A stretch of 64,000 bases of DNA from Methanomicrobiales archaeon (GTDB lineage Archaea; Halobacteriota; Methanomicrobia; Methanomicrobiales; JACTUA01): the NCBI GenBank assembly GCA_030019205.1, contig JASEFH010000008.1, forward strand, positions 6,207 through 70,206, given 5' to 3'. The translations under genes were made by a program, and so were the position numbers. A model generated the notes under the pieces. That model was not told where the DNA came from. It made no database searches and saw nothing but the letters and a program-made list of their open reading frames with translations. This document shows positions 50,364 through 61,098 of this stretch, piece by piece (position 1 is the first letter of the stretch; every line of letters begins with the position of its first letter).

Positions 50364-51014
50364 ATGGATTTCAGTGCGATGGTTGCGGATGCATTCCGGT
50401 ACACGCGGAATACGCTCTGGGGAAAATGGGTCAAGTGGCTGGTTCTCGCCCTCTACATCCCGATCAACCTGGGCTACTACCGGCATATCCTGCAGGGGGA
50501 GGTAGAACCTCCGACACGGATACCCGATACGGAGGAGGTATTCATCGAGGGCCTGAAATTGCTGGTTGTTCTTGCCGTGTATGCCCTCCCTGTCATCGTG
50601 ATAGCGCTCGCCTTTTTCGGCGGGACATATGCCCTCCTCTCCACGATGATCCTGTCCGGAGACGCATCTGCTGCAATAGCAATCCTCGGGACCGTGGTCC
50701 TCGGATCCCTCGTCACGTTCCTGTTGTCCATACTTGTCGGTCTGATTGCGGCCATTGCTGCGATCCGATTCTCGCGGACGAACGATTACGCAGAAGCGTT
50801 CAACTTCGGCGCCATCCTCGACCATATTGCACGCATCGGGTGGGGAAATTACATCGTTTCGTTCCTGGTTCCCGTACTCGCGATCGGGATTGTGGTGCTC
50901 GGGCTTCTCATGATCCCCTTTCTCGGATGGGCGCTGCTGTTCATCCTTGGCCCCGTCTTCGGGGTATTCCTCTCCCGGTACCTGACGATCCTGTACGATG
51001 CTGCCCCGGTCTGA
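50364..51014 (+). CDS. DUF4013-like membrane protein, paralog 1
   Basis: 'MDFSAMVADAFRYTRNTLWGKWVKW', several TM segments, and the conserved 'AFNFGAILDHIARIGW'. Confidence 0.7.
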   Translation: MDFSAMVADAFRYTRNTLWGKWVKWLVLALYIPINLGYYRHILQGEVEPPTRIPDTEEVFIEGLKLLVVLAVYALPVIVIALAFFGGTYALLSTMILSGDASAAIAILGTVVLGSLVTFLLSILVGLIAAIAAIRFSRTNDYAEAFNFGAILDHIARIGWGNYIVSFLVPVLAIGIVVLGLLMIPFLGWALLFILGPVFGVFLSRYLTILYDAAPV

Positions 51015-51186
51015 TTGCGGTGAGGCAGAAGAGCGCAGTCTGCGGATTCCGGTTTCCGGGCGCGAAATGCATCCTCTCCCCTTCCCGAGGCTCGAAAATG
51101 CATTTCCAGCCGATCAAACTGCCGTGCGGCGCAGTTACATTCAAATACACCTTCACGCCTTACCGTTTACGTGAGGTTGTATCGTC

Positions 51187-51888
51187 ATGGACTACGGAAG
51201 CATGCTGGGAGACTCGCTCGACTATACGCGGGATCTCCTGTGGGGGAAGTGGAAACGCTGGATCCTTCTTATCCCGTGCACAATCATCTTTCCACTCCTG
51301 CTTGGCTATATCATGGAGATCTACCGGGGCAAGCAGGATCCCGAACTGGAGGGCTGGGGCAGGCTTTTCATCGACGGGTTGAAGTACTTCGTCGCATCAC
51401 TCATCTATGCCCTGCCGGCGATCCTGATCATGCTCGTGTTCGGGGATATCGCCCTGCTGGATGCCATCGCCAGGTCGGCAGCAAGCGGGAGTCCCGATCC
51501 CCTCGCCGGCAATCCGCAGGTGCTCGCACCAGCCCTGTTCGCCTTCGGCATCGGTATCATACTCGCCATCCTAGTGGGGCTGGCAATCGCGCTTCTTTCC
51601 ATCATCGGGCTCGTGCGGATGGCGCGGACGGATAGGTTCGGAGAGGCCTTCAACTTCGGCGCCATCCTCGACCACATCGCACGCATCGGGTGGAGTCAAT
51701 ACATCGTGGCGCTCATCGTCATCTGGGTGGTCTCGATCGTCCTGGGGGCCGCTCTCTCCGCCCTGGCGGGAATACCGTTCATTGGCTGGATCTTCTGGCT
51801 TTTCCTGACGCCGGCGGTGGTCATCTTCGAATCGCGCTACATCGCCCTGGTCTACGATAGCGGCACACGTCCTCACCAGCCTGCCTGA
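51187..51888 (+). CDS. DUF4013-like membrane protein, paralog 2
   Basis: 'MDYGSMLGDSLDYTRDLLWGKWKRW', TM segments, and an identical 'AFNFGAILDHIARIGW' block. Confidence 0.7.
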   Translation: MDYGSMLGDSLDYTRDLLWGKWKRWILLIPCTIIFPLLLGYIMEIYRGKQDPELEGWGRLFIDGLKYFVASLIYALPAILIMLVFGDIALLDAIARSAASGSPDPLAGNPQVLAPALFAFGIGIILAILVGLAIALLSIIGLVRMARTDRFGEAFNFGAILDHIARIGWSQYIVALIVIWVVSIVLGAALSALAGIPFIGWIFWLFLTPAVVIFESRYIALVYDSGTRPHQPA

Positions 51889-53125
51889 TCCCTTCTCTCT
51901 TTGCTTTTACAGAACCGATCCTGTTCTGCTGCCATCCACGATGGCGTCACCCATCTCGTGCAGCCCGTCACCCGTTCTCATCCTGCGACCCTCTGTGCAT
52001 CCAAGGCCGAAATGAGCCTGGATGCAGGCGGGTGGGAGCGGGAGCCCGGATGCTGCGAGGATCCCCGGCGCCCGCTTCTCACCAGGATCGCGGAGGGATT
52101 GTCCCCGGGTGTGGCATGGCCCGGATATGGGGGCAGCGGGTATCGAAATAACACGGTTCTTCCGACGGTGAGGGACTCGGCAGCGGTTCCCAGGCGGGGA
52201 CTTTCGGAATTTCGGACAATTTCGGTGTACACGGGTTCTCGACGCTGCAGACCCGATCCGGGCCCTAATCCTCAGGAGAGGGGGGGATCCGCCGTTCCTC
52301 CTGCCGGCCGACAGAGCCTCTATGCCGCTCCGATCTCCCCGCATGAGATCCGCTGTTCGTACCGATGCCTCTCGCCCTTCTCCGCTCATTAACAGAGACG
52401 CATCGCAATAGTGGTGAAGGAACCCTGGGGAGAGCAGGCGCACCTCTCTGATTCTCCTGCCCTGCTCCCTTCCAATCGGGCCGGATCGGCGCATTTACGG
52501 CTTCGATAGGATAAATGCCTCCGGTTGTCGGACACATCCTGCTATCGGGATTGAGACGGGCGGAGGGCACCCTCCCATTTCTGCCGCGGGCCGGGGCTGA
52601 TTGGTGCATGACGGCGTATTCGTGGCGGATAGGAGAATTCGCCCACGTGCGGAACGCATGCCCGGCAACACACCATCCGCGCACTTGTGTCCGGAAGGGG
52701 AAACGGCGAGCGAGGGGGGAGACCTGCTCTTCCATCCGGAAACGCCCGGCAAGCGTCCTCCGTGCTGGATGCCCCTCACCGACGCTGTTCTCCAGCAGTC
52801 GCGGGGGAGAGGATCAAGATCGGGACAGGCGCGCCGGACGGCTCTATCGCGATCCGGGAAACTTCGGTTCCCGAACGGGGAGGAACCGGGAGCCTCTCGT
52901 CGGGGGATCCGATTTTCCCCGGAGATCTGCTCTCCGGCCAGTCTGCACCTGTCCCGCGTCTCTTCCACCGAGCGCGGGATTCGTGCGGTCCGTGATCCCG
53001 GGCAACCAGCCGATCCTTCCCCGGAGCATCGGACAAAGGTGCCGAAGGCTCGCCGCCTGCAAAATAAGCGTTTCGGGCCGTGTCTGCCTCCGAGACGGAT
53101 CTCGACAGGACCCGCCGGACAATAG

Positions 53126-53133
53126 TTTAAATA
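53126..53133 (+). promoter_or_regulatory. TATA box (TTTAAATA) positioned for a leaderless transcript starting at about 53156
   Basis: 'acaatagTTTAAATAtcc'. The centre lies about 26 nt upstream of ATG 53156. Confidence 0.5.
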
Positions 53134-53155
53134 TCCGCCGCCCCCACTCTTATGC

Positions 53156-54674
53156 ATGACCGAACAGTCCAGAAGGGATTGCTTTATTCTCGAATCGCCT
53201 GCGCTTTTTTGATACTACGCTACGGGACGGCGAACAGACGCCCGGAGTCTCACTGACACCCGCCGAGAAGCTCGAGATCGCCTCTGTCCTCTCCCGAATC
53301 GGGGTACACACCATCGAAGTGGGATCTGCAGCCGCATCCGAGGGGGAGCGCGAGGCGCTGCGCCTGATCGCCGATGCGGATTTGTCGGCCGAGATCTGCA
53401 CCTATGTTCGGGCACTCCGGCAGGACATCGACTACGCGGCAGAATGCAATGCCGACTCTGTCCACCTGGTGGTGCCCGTGAGCGACCTGCACATCCAGAA
53501 GAAGCTGCGGAAGACGCGCGAGGAGGTCTGCAATATGGCCTGGAGCGCCGTGGAATACGCCCGGGAACGGGGTCTCATCGTCGAGCTCTCCGGGGAGGAC
53601 GCATCCCGGGCTGACCCGGCATTCCTCCGTGAGGTATTCGCCGGCGGCGTGGAACGGGGCGCCGATCGGCTCTGCTTCTGCGATACGGTCGGACTGCTGA
53701 CGCCGGAGCGGACGGCGGAGCTCATCCCTCCGCTCTGTCTTGCGCCCCTCTCCATCCACTGCCACGACGACCTCGGGATGGCCCTGGCAAACTCCCTCGC
53801 GGCGCTGAAAGCGGGTGCGAGCGCATGCCATGTGACCGTGAACGGCCTGGGGGAGCGGGCGGGCAACACGCCGCTCGAAGAGCTCGTCATGGCGCTCGAG
53901 GTGCTCTACGGCTACCGGACCGGCATCGTCACGGAGGAGCTCTACCATCTTGCCACCCTGGTCTCGCGGTTGAGCGGTGTGCCGCTCCCCGTCAACAAGG
54001 CGATCGTCGGGGAGATGGCCTTCACGCATGAGAGCGGCATCCATGCCCATGGCGTCCTCCGCGAACCGAGCACCTATGAATCCATCCGACCGGAGTCGAT
54101 CGGGCGGAAACGGCGGATTGTGCTGGGGAAGCACTCGGGATCCGCCTCCGTCGAGGCCGCCCTGCACGAGATGAACTACCGCCCCGACGAGAACCAGCTG
54201 CGGGAGATCATCAAGCGCATCAAACAGCTCGGTGACGAAGGCAAACGGGTCACGGATGCAGACCTGATGGCCATCGCAGACGCTGTCCTCGCCATCGAGT
54301 GCAGTCCGGTGCTGCAGATGCGGCAGTTCACGGTGGTGAGCGGGAGCAACGTGATCCCGACGGCATCCGTGACCATGACCGTACACGGGGAGGAGGTGAC
54401 GGGAGCCGCCACCGGCACAGGCCCCGTGGATGCTGCCATGGAGGCCCTGCGCCGCTCCGTCGCCGATGTGGCCGACATCCGCTTGGAGGAGTACCACGTG
54501 GATGCGATCAGCGGCGGAACGGACGCGTTAGTGGACGTAACGGTAAAATTAAGTAAAGACGGGAAGATACTTACTTCCAGAGGTGCTCGCACCGATATCA
54601 TCATGGCCAGCGTTGAAGCGGTCATCGCCGGCATGAACAGACTGTTGAGGGAAGAGAATGAAGACCGGAGCTAA
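53156..54674 (+). CDS. 2-isopropylmalate synthase / (R)-citramalate synthase family enzyme (LeuA/CimA) with an unresolved start or frameshift
   Basis: '[25 protein letters not shown]' (53208 onward, frame 0), '[21 protein letters not shown]', 'NGLGERAGN', 'HESGIH', and the C-terminal LeuA-dimer regulatory domain. Frame 0 has no ATG/GTG/TTG between the stop at 53157 and GTG 53319. ATG 53156 is in another frame and terminates at 53210-53212, inside or just after a T6 run. Confidence 0.8.
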
Positions 54675-56334
54675 GATCCTCATCGAGGGTCTCCAGAGAG
54701 AAGGGGTCGAGACCTTATTCGGTTACCCCGGAGGAAGCGTGCTGCCCATCTACGACGAGCTCTACGACTCGTCACTGCGGCACATTCTGGTACGGCACGA
54801 GCAGGCAGCGGCACACGCCGCGGACGGGTATGCCCGGGCCAGCGGCCGTGTAGGCGTATGCCTCGCCACCTCCGGTCCCGGGGCCTGCAACTTGGTCACC
54901 GGCATCGCGACGGCCTACATGGACTCCGTCCCGATCGTCGCCCTCACCGGACAGGTTCCCACCCTGCTCCTCGGGAACGATGCCTTCCAGGAGTCGGACA
55001 TCACCGGCATCACCACCCCCATCACCAAGCACAACTACCTTGTGAAAGAGACGAAGGATCTGGGGCGGATCGTGAGGGAGGCCTTCTACATCGCGAGGAC
55101 GGGGAGACCCGGCCCGGTGCTCATCGATCTACCGAAGGATGTCTGCACCAACCAGATCCCCGGTGAGAACCACCTCCCGGACCATATCTCCCTGCCAGGC
55201 TACCGTCCGACCTACAAGGGGCATGTCCGCCAGATCGAAAAGGCGCTGGAGGCTCTCGAGAGGGCGGAGCGCCCCGTGATCTATGCTGGAGGGGGGATCA
55301 TCGCATCCGGGGCTTCGACAGAACTCGTGGAATTTGCAGAGAGGGGGCTGCTGCCGGTGACCACGACGCTGATGGGGCTCGGCGCAATTCCGGCCGATCA
55401 TCCGTTGAACCTGGGGATGCTCGGGATGCACGGAACCGAGTACGCCAACTACGCCGTCACCGAATGCGACCTGCTCTTCGCCATTGGTGTGCGGTTCGAC
55501 GACCGCGTGACGGGCAAGATCCAGACGTTCGCTCCGAACGCAACCATCGTCCATGCCGACATCGATCCGGCAGAGATCGGAAAGAACAAGAAGGTCGACG
55601 TCCCCATCGTCGGGGATGCGAAGGCGATCCTTCAGGCGATGCTCCACCGCATGAACCGGCGCGACGGGCGGGAGAGCTGGCTCGAGAAGGTGCGGGTCTG
55701 GAAGGAGAAGCATCCGCTGCGCTATCGGTGCGATGGCCGCCTTCGCCCCCAGTACATTATCCAGGAACTCTCGAACATCCTGAACGGCGAGGGCATCATC
55801 GTCTCCGAGGTGGGGCAGAACCAGATGTGGACAGCGCAGTGGTACCGGTTCAAGAAACCCCGCTCCTGGCTCACGTCGGGCGGGCTGGGGACGATGGGTT
55901 ATGGTTTTCCGGCCGCGATCGGCGCCCAGTGCGCCCGACCGGACGAGACCGTCTTCGACATCGCCGGGGATGGCAGCTTCCAGATGAACATCCAGGAGCT
56001 GGGGACTGTTGCCCAGACCGGACTGCCGGTGAAGGTGGCGATCCTGAACAACATGTACCTCGGGATGGTGCGACAGTGGCAGGAGCTCTTCTATGACCGC
56101 AGATACTCCTACACGGAGCTTCCCCCCGTGGACTTCGTCAGGATCGCGAGCGCCTATGGGATCGACGGGATGCGCGTGGATGCCGCGGAGGACGTGAGAC
56201 AGGCGCTCCGGGCTGCGATCGATGCGGATGGCCCGTTCATCCTGGACTTCCGGATCGAGCGCGAGGAGAACGTCTTCCCCATGGTGCCCGCCGGTGCCGC
56301 GATCAACGAGATGATCGGGGGTCACAGCGGATGA
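54658..56334 (+). CDS. ilvB: Acetolactate synthase, large (catalytic) subunit
   Basis: '[12 protein letters not shown]', '[17 protein letters not shown]' and the TPP motif '[18 protein letters not shown]'. Overlaps the upstream gene end and the ilvN start. Confidence 0.95.
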   Translation: MKTGAKILIEGLQREGVETLFGYPGGSVLPIYDELYDSSLRHILVRHEQAAAHAADGYARASGRVGVCLATSGPGACNLVTGIATAYMDSVPIVALTGQVPTLLLGNDAFQESDITGITTPITKHNYLVKETKDLGRIVREAFYIARTGRPGPVLIDLPKDVCTNQIPGENHLPDHISLPGYRPTYKGHVRQIEKALEALERAERPVIYAGGGIIASGASTELVEFAERGLLPVTTTLMGLGAIPADHPLNLGMLGMHGTEYANYAVTECDLLFAIGVRFDDRVTGKIQTFAPNATIVHADIDPAEIGKNKKVDVPIVGDAKAILQAMLHRMNRRDGRESWLEKVRVWKEKHPLRYRCDGRLRPQYIIQELSNILNGEGIIVSEVGQNQMWTAQWYRFKKPRSWLTSGGLGTMGYGFPAAIGAQCARPDETVFDIAGDGSFQMNIQELGTVAQTGLPVKVAILNNMYLGMVRQWQELFYDRRYSYTELPPVDFVRIASAYGIDGMRVDAAEDVRQALRAAIDADGPFILDFRIEREENVFPMVPAGAAINEMIGGHSG

Positions 56335-56834
56335 AGGCCCATACGCTGAGCGTCCTCGTGGAGAACCGTGCCGGCGTCCTCTCCCGGGTGGCGGGGCTGT
56401 TCAGCCGGCGGGGGTTCAACATCGAGAGCCTGGCCGTCGGCACCTGCGAGGAGCCCGGATCGAGCCGGATGACGATCGTGGTCGAGAGCGACGACAGCCA
56501 GATCGAGCAGGTCCAGAAGCAGCTGAACAAGCTGATCGATGTGATCAAAGTCTCGGATATCACGGAGAACGAGATCGTCGAGCGGGAACTCGCCCTGATC
56601 AAGGTCAATGCAGAGCCGGGATCGAGCCGGGCGGAGGTGATGCAGATCGCGAGCATCTTCCGCGCCCAGATCGTCGACGTCGGCTCCAAGACCGTTGTCC
56701 TGGAGGCGACAGGGGACACCAACAAGATCAACGCCCTCGAGAAGCTCCTCCGCCAGTACGGCATCAAGGAGCTGGTCCGAACAGGTAAAATTGCCGTCCT
56801 TCGTGGATCCAAGACGGTGCAGAGCTCAAAATAA
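56331..56834 (+). CDS. ilvN: Acetolactate synthase, small (regulatory, ACT-domain) subunit
   Basis: '[34 protein letters not shown]'. ATGA overlap with the ilvB stop. Confidence 0.92.
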   Translation: MKAHTLSVLVENRAGVLSRVAGLFSRRGFNIESLAVGTCEEPGSSRMTIVVESDDSQIEQVQKQLNKLIDVIKVSDITENEIVERELALIKVNAEPGSSRAEVMQIASIFRAQIVDVGSKTVVLEATGDTNKINALEKLLRQYGIKELVRTGKIAVLRGSKTVQSSK

Positions 56835-56839
56835 TTTTT
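56835..56839 (+). terminator. Oligo-T tract immediately after the ilvN stop (archaeal-type terminator candidate)
   Basis: 'TAA TTTTT c'. Five T residues directly follow the stop codon at 56832-56834. Confidence 0.35.
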
Positions 56840-57309
56840 CGCGATTGCGCCATGTCCACCGGGAACTTCGATTCGTGCGATTCCCCGTGCGCATCCCGGT
56901 CTCTGCTCCATTCCTGGCAGTCGTCCGTCGGACTGTTGAGGTCATCCCCCAATTAGACCCCCGAGGATCCTGAGTTCGTGTCATGGCGTTTCGGGAAATC
57001 AACGGAGACCTCCGGGAAATTCTCCGATAGCCCCCGAAGAAACCGCACACCGCATTCGGTGCGATCCGATGATTCACCAGCAGCATTCTCCGCGTCCTGA
57101 CCGCCTGGTGCATCGGGAGCGACGTCCTCGAGCAGTAGGATACCGGATTGACCGTACACTGATACCACCTCGAACGCGAACTCTGCCAGCGGTGAAAGCA
57201 TCAGAGTTCTTCCGTCCGGCTACGACCTTCCGAAGGTCGACCTTGCCCACGGCATCACAGACACCGATGCAGTCCTGCGGACAGGGGGAGGTATCGACCG
57301 CGATGGCTG

Positions 57310-57822
57310 TGGGAAGCAGAGGGATTAACCCTGTTTGCTGCGGTTGACCCGCAGGGGCTCTCCGTCACCTGTCCGATCTTCCCGGCGAACATCCACGATT
57401 CTCGTCTCTTTAATCCAACAGTGGTTCAATTCGAGATTCCCAGCACCGTTGAGAGACGGGGCGTCACCATCGCGGATACAGCCTACGATTCCCAGGAGAA
57501 TCGACACTTTCTGAGAAACCGAGGCAACAAGAGCGACATTCCCGCGAGTCCCCGCCGCCGGACCCGCTTAAAACGAGGGCGGGCGGTCTGGCTCGACGGG
57601 ATCGCGAGCAGAAATGGAGCGCTATTGAACGGCCCTTCCGCTCGATTGAAGCCTTCCGGAAGATTGATCCCGATACGCGCGCTTCGACCGCTCATCCCGT
57701 GGGCTCACTGTGCCCGCATGACCGGAAGGGTTTATGGACGACCGCGTTCAGAGACGATCCCGATGGCGGGATCGCTTCGTCCGAGGCGGCTGCCCTTCCC
57801 TCTTTATCGCAGCCCTGGTGAA
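57310..57822 (+). mobile_element. Truncated, frameshifted IS5-family (DDE) transposase remnant
   Basis: 'LFAAVDPQGLSVTCPIFPANIHDSRLF' (first D region), 'GVTIADTAYDSQENRHFLRNRGNKSDIP' (second D). After a frame change near 57600-57612: 'QKWSAIERPFRSIEAFRKI' (the E region, compare Y-x-x-R-W-x-IE-x-F-x-x-LK). The N-terminal half and the terminal inverted repeats were not found. Confidence 0.55.
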
Positions 57823-58830
57823 GGATGTTACCCAATCGACTCTGTAGACGCCCACGCACCTTCGGTCACAGAAGAAGAAAGAGAGAGTGCCCTCAATGAT
57901 GAACCCCCAATTTCAAACGAGAGTGGCTCTCCGAAGTATGATTGCTTGTATCCCGTGGATATTGTTCGAGAGCAGGGGTCCTCCCCGATAGGAGAGAATC
58001 GTGCGTCAGGCTGCATGGTTCTCTCCATCCCGGGATTGTCTCCCCCTCGGGAGATGCCCCTCTCCTGCGGAGATGCCAGCCGTATCGGAGCATGTTTCCG
58101 TGTTGACAGATTTTCAACAGAGCCACTCAAGCACCGAATTTATTATTCCAGCCCGATCGAATCCCGAATGGGATGGATGCCCGCTCCGGGCAGTAAGGTC
58201 GCATGCAGGCTGAGGAGATACCGATCCCCTCCCCTGGTAACCCTTCCGGTTCAATGGGCGGGAGAAGGGGGCGAGCAGCCCTGCCATAAGCCCTCCTCGC
58301 ATTGGATCCCGGGCAGGCTCCCTGGGGCGAACAGGGATTGTCGCAATCCGGGGGTGAAGAGGACGGGGGCAACGGCGCCTCTATCGCTCGCCTTCCTCCG
58401 CTTTGATGAGACAGAAGCGGATTGACGGAGGAGATCGGATTTTTATTCCTGTCGAATCCGGTGTTCAAATCTATCCCAAGCAATTTGTCTGCAGCACGAA
58501 CCGAGCCTTGCAAGTGATCCGCATCGCTGCGAAGTGCGAGGGCGCAGCAGGACGGATGCAGGTACGGCCGTGCTGATCCGGAGGGGGAAGCGCCCCTTCC
58601 GATCCGGTAGTTTCCGCCTCCAGCATCCTTTGCTGGTATCTTCGCCGGCGGGCTATCGGCGGACGGCAGCCTCTCGATGATGAGTCTGATTTCGTCGATT
58701 CGCTTTGAGGCATAAACCGCATATGTCGTATGGGGAGAGACCGGGGCAGTTGCGAGCCTTCCTGCGGCAATGCACGCCGTACTGTCGCACTGGTTCGATT
58801 ATGTTATATGTTAGCGCGTCTCATATTAAC

Positions 58831-58947
58831 ATGGTAATTATGTTTGGTTTGCCTGATATCACGGTCGCATCGGTGGGAGGAGTCTTCCTTCTCAGCGTCA
58901 TCGGACTGCTGCTGTGGGGCCTTCGGTTCCAGAAGGTGAAGGTATGA
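58831..58947 (+). CDS. Small single-TM ORF translationally coupled to the symporter (symporter small accessory protein candidate)
   Basis: 'MVIMFGLPDITVASVGGVFLLSVIGLLLWGLRFQKVKV'. One hydrophobic helix plus a basic tail. Its stop overlaps the symporter ATG (gtATGA). Confidence 0.5.
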   Translation: MVIMFGLPDITVASVGGVFLLSVIGLLLWGLRFQKVKV

Positions 58948-60524
58948 TCGATCCTGTCGATGTAGGAATCGTCGCGGTCTACTTCATTGGGCTGATCCTG
59001 ATCGGGGTATGGGCCTCCAGGAAAGTGCATTCGATGGGGGATTACGTCGTTGCCGGACGATCCCTCGGATTCTGGGTATTCACCATGCTCATGGTGGGTT
59101 CGGTCGCCAGCGGGATGTCGCTCCTCGGGGTCTCCGGCCTCGGTTACAACTTCGGATGGCCCACCATATGGGAGCAGATCTTTGTGCCGCTCTCCATCGC
59201 CTTCTGCATCATCTTCTTCGGGGCCAAGATGAACCGTATCGCCAGGGCGAGCGGATACATGACCGTTCAGGACTACCTGAGCCACCGCTACGAGAGTCCG
59301 GTAGGTCTGCGGAGCCTCTCCGCGATGGCGGGAATCGTCGTCTCCCTGATCTATCTCGCCGGCCAGTACACGGCGGTGAGTATCGTTCTCATGTGGCTCT
59401 TCGGTATCCCGCACATCTACGCGCTCCTGATCGGTGCCGCCATCGTCACGATCTACACGGTGATCGGAGGGCTCTATGCGGTCGCCTGGACGACGCTCAT
59501 TCAGGGTGCCATACTCGTCTCCGGCGTCGTCGTCATGGCTCCGCTGGTGATCGCCGCGGCGGGAGGTTTCGAGTACGTGAATACGGCGCTGGCCACCATC
59601 AATCCGTCTCTCGTGGACCCCTGGGTGGCGAGCGGCGTCTTCACGCCGACCTATGTCGTATCATTCTCGCTCCTCCTCATGATCGGGCTTGCCTGCGCTC
59701 CGCACGTTATCAACAACGTGCTCGCCGTAAAGGACGTGAACTTCTTCAGGTGGGCGCCCATCATCGCCTTCGTGGCCTATACGGGCGTGATGTTTCTCCT
59801 GAAGTTCGCCGGCTTCGCGGGCAAGGTGCTTGTCGCCGAGGGCATGATCGTGCTCCCCGCCGTAAAGAACGCATCGGACTTCATCTTTGTCGAAGGCGTG
59901 GAGTTCGCGCTGCCAAACATCTACCTCTGGGGCATATTCGGGGTAATCGTCCTCGCCGCGGTGATGTCCACGACGGATCGCCTGATGCTCACCATCGGGA
60001 CCTACTTCAGCTGGGATATCTACAAGAGTGTCGTGAGACCGAAAGCTTCCGATACGGAGGTGCTCCGTGTGAGCAAACTCTCGGTCTTTGCAGCGGCGGT
60101 CGTGACCCTGATCCTGGCAATCAATCCGCCGGAGATGCTGGTGTGGCTCATCTGGGCCGGAATCGGGATCATGTTCGCTACGTTTGCCGTGCCCCTGCTG
60201 GGTGGTCTCTACTGGCGGAGGGCAACGCGTGAAGGGGCGATCGCGAGCATGGCGCTCGGTCTGATCAGCGCCGGGCTGTTCGGAGGCATCTCCTACTTCA
60301 AGATCGCCCCCCTTCCGGCGCACTTCAGCCTCTACGCCGTGATCATCTCCCTGACTGCCATGGTGCTGGTATCGCTCCTCACGAAGCCGACGGACGAGCG
60401 GGTGCTGGACGAGACCATGACAGGGTGGTTCATCCAGCCCCGAAGCACGCCGACCATGCTTTCTGGAGAGATTCCGGCAGTCGCGGAGGCGGCGCGGATC
60501 AGTCCAGCGGAGAAGGCGCGATAG
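58944..60524 (+). CDS. Sodium:solute symporter (SSS) family transporter
   Basis: 'GDYVVAGRSLGFWVFTMLMVGSVASGMSLLGVSGLGYNFGW' and about 13 TM segments. Start ATG 58944. Confidence 0.88.
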   Translation: MIDPVDVGIVAVYFIGLILIGVWASRKVHSMGDYVVAGRSLGFWVFTMLMVGSVASGMSLLGVSGLGYNFGWPTIWEQIFVPLSIAFCIIFFGAKMNRIARASGYMTVQDYLSHRYESPVGLRSLSAMAGIVVSLIYLAGQYTAVSIVLMWLFGIPHIYALLIGAAIVTIYTVIGGLYAVAWTTLIQGAILVSGVVVMAPLVIAAAGGFEYVNTALATINPSLVDPWVASGVFTPTYVVSFSLLLMIGLACAPHVINNVLAVKDVNFFRWAPIIAFVAYTGVMFLLKFAGFAGKVLVAEGMIVLPAVKNASDFIFVEGVEFALPNIYLWGIFGVIVLAAVMSTTDRLMLTIGTYFSWDIYKSVVRPKASDTEVLRVSKLSVFAAAVVTLILAINPPEMLVWLIWAGIGIMFATFAVPLLGGLYWRRATREGAIASMALGLISAGLFGGISYFKIAPLPAHFSLYAVIISLTAMVLVSLLTKPTDERVLDETMTGWFIQPRSTPTMLSGEIPAVAEAARISPAEKAR

Positions 60525-61098
60525 GCGGAAGAGATGCGAGCCTCCGGGGGGAGGGACGGCTCCGCGGGGCCGCCATCCCTGCCTCGTGTCCCGGTGCATG
60601 CAGAGCGGTCGAACAATCTCTATCATTTCTGCACTGGTTTGTTCATCGCAGGGTGGGAGGCGTGTGCAATCCCCGCCCGTGCCTTCCCATCGAGCGGTAT
60701 TGATCCCCACGCAGCAGATGCCGGGAATATCGGGCGGTATGACTGAGGAAGGGATCCTGTCCTCTTCTCCTGTGCAGGAGGAACCCTGCTTGAAAGAGAT
60801 ATCGATGAGCATTCCGCGTATCCGAGCGAGGCGATCCCGCCGCGAACCGCACCGGTTACTATCGCGGGTCGCGAGTGCCTTCCGCAGCCGCGAAGGGCCG
60901 TTCCTGCGGGTTTCCGCGAGATCTTTTCCGGTACGGTTACGGCATTCGGGCGTCCCTCCTCCAGAGACCATACTACGAAAGGCCGCCCCTTCGCAGAGGC
61001 GATGCATCGCGCATCTCCATTCGGTTTGAAATTGCCTGCATCTTCAAAAAGGCACGGAGCATCATCCATTATAAATCATCGGGACCTAATAGTAGTGC

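Noticed and set aside
56953-57310. Small minus-strand ferredoxin-like gene ('AVDTSPCPQDCIGVCDAV', then 'FEVVSVYGQSGILLLEDVAPDAPGGQDAENAAGESSDRTEC')
   Set aside because: It requires a frameshift, and the Cys spacing does not match the CxxCxxCxxxCP or single-cluster ferredoxin patterns. Too speculative to annotate.
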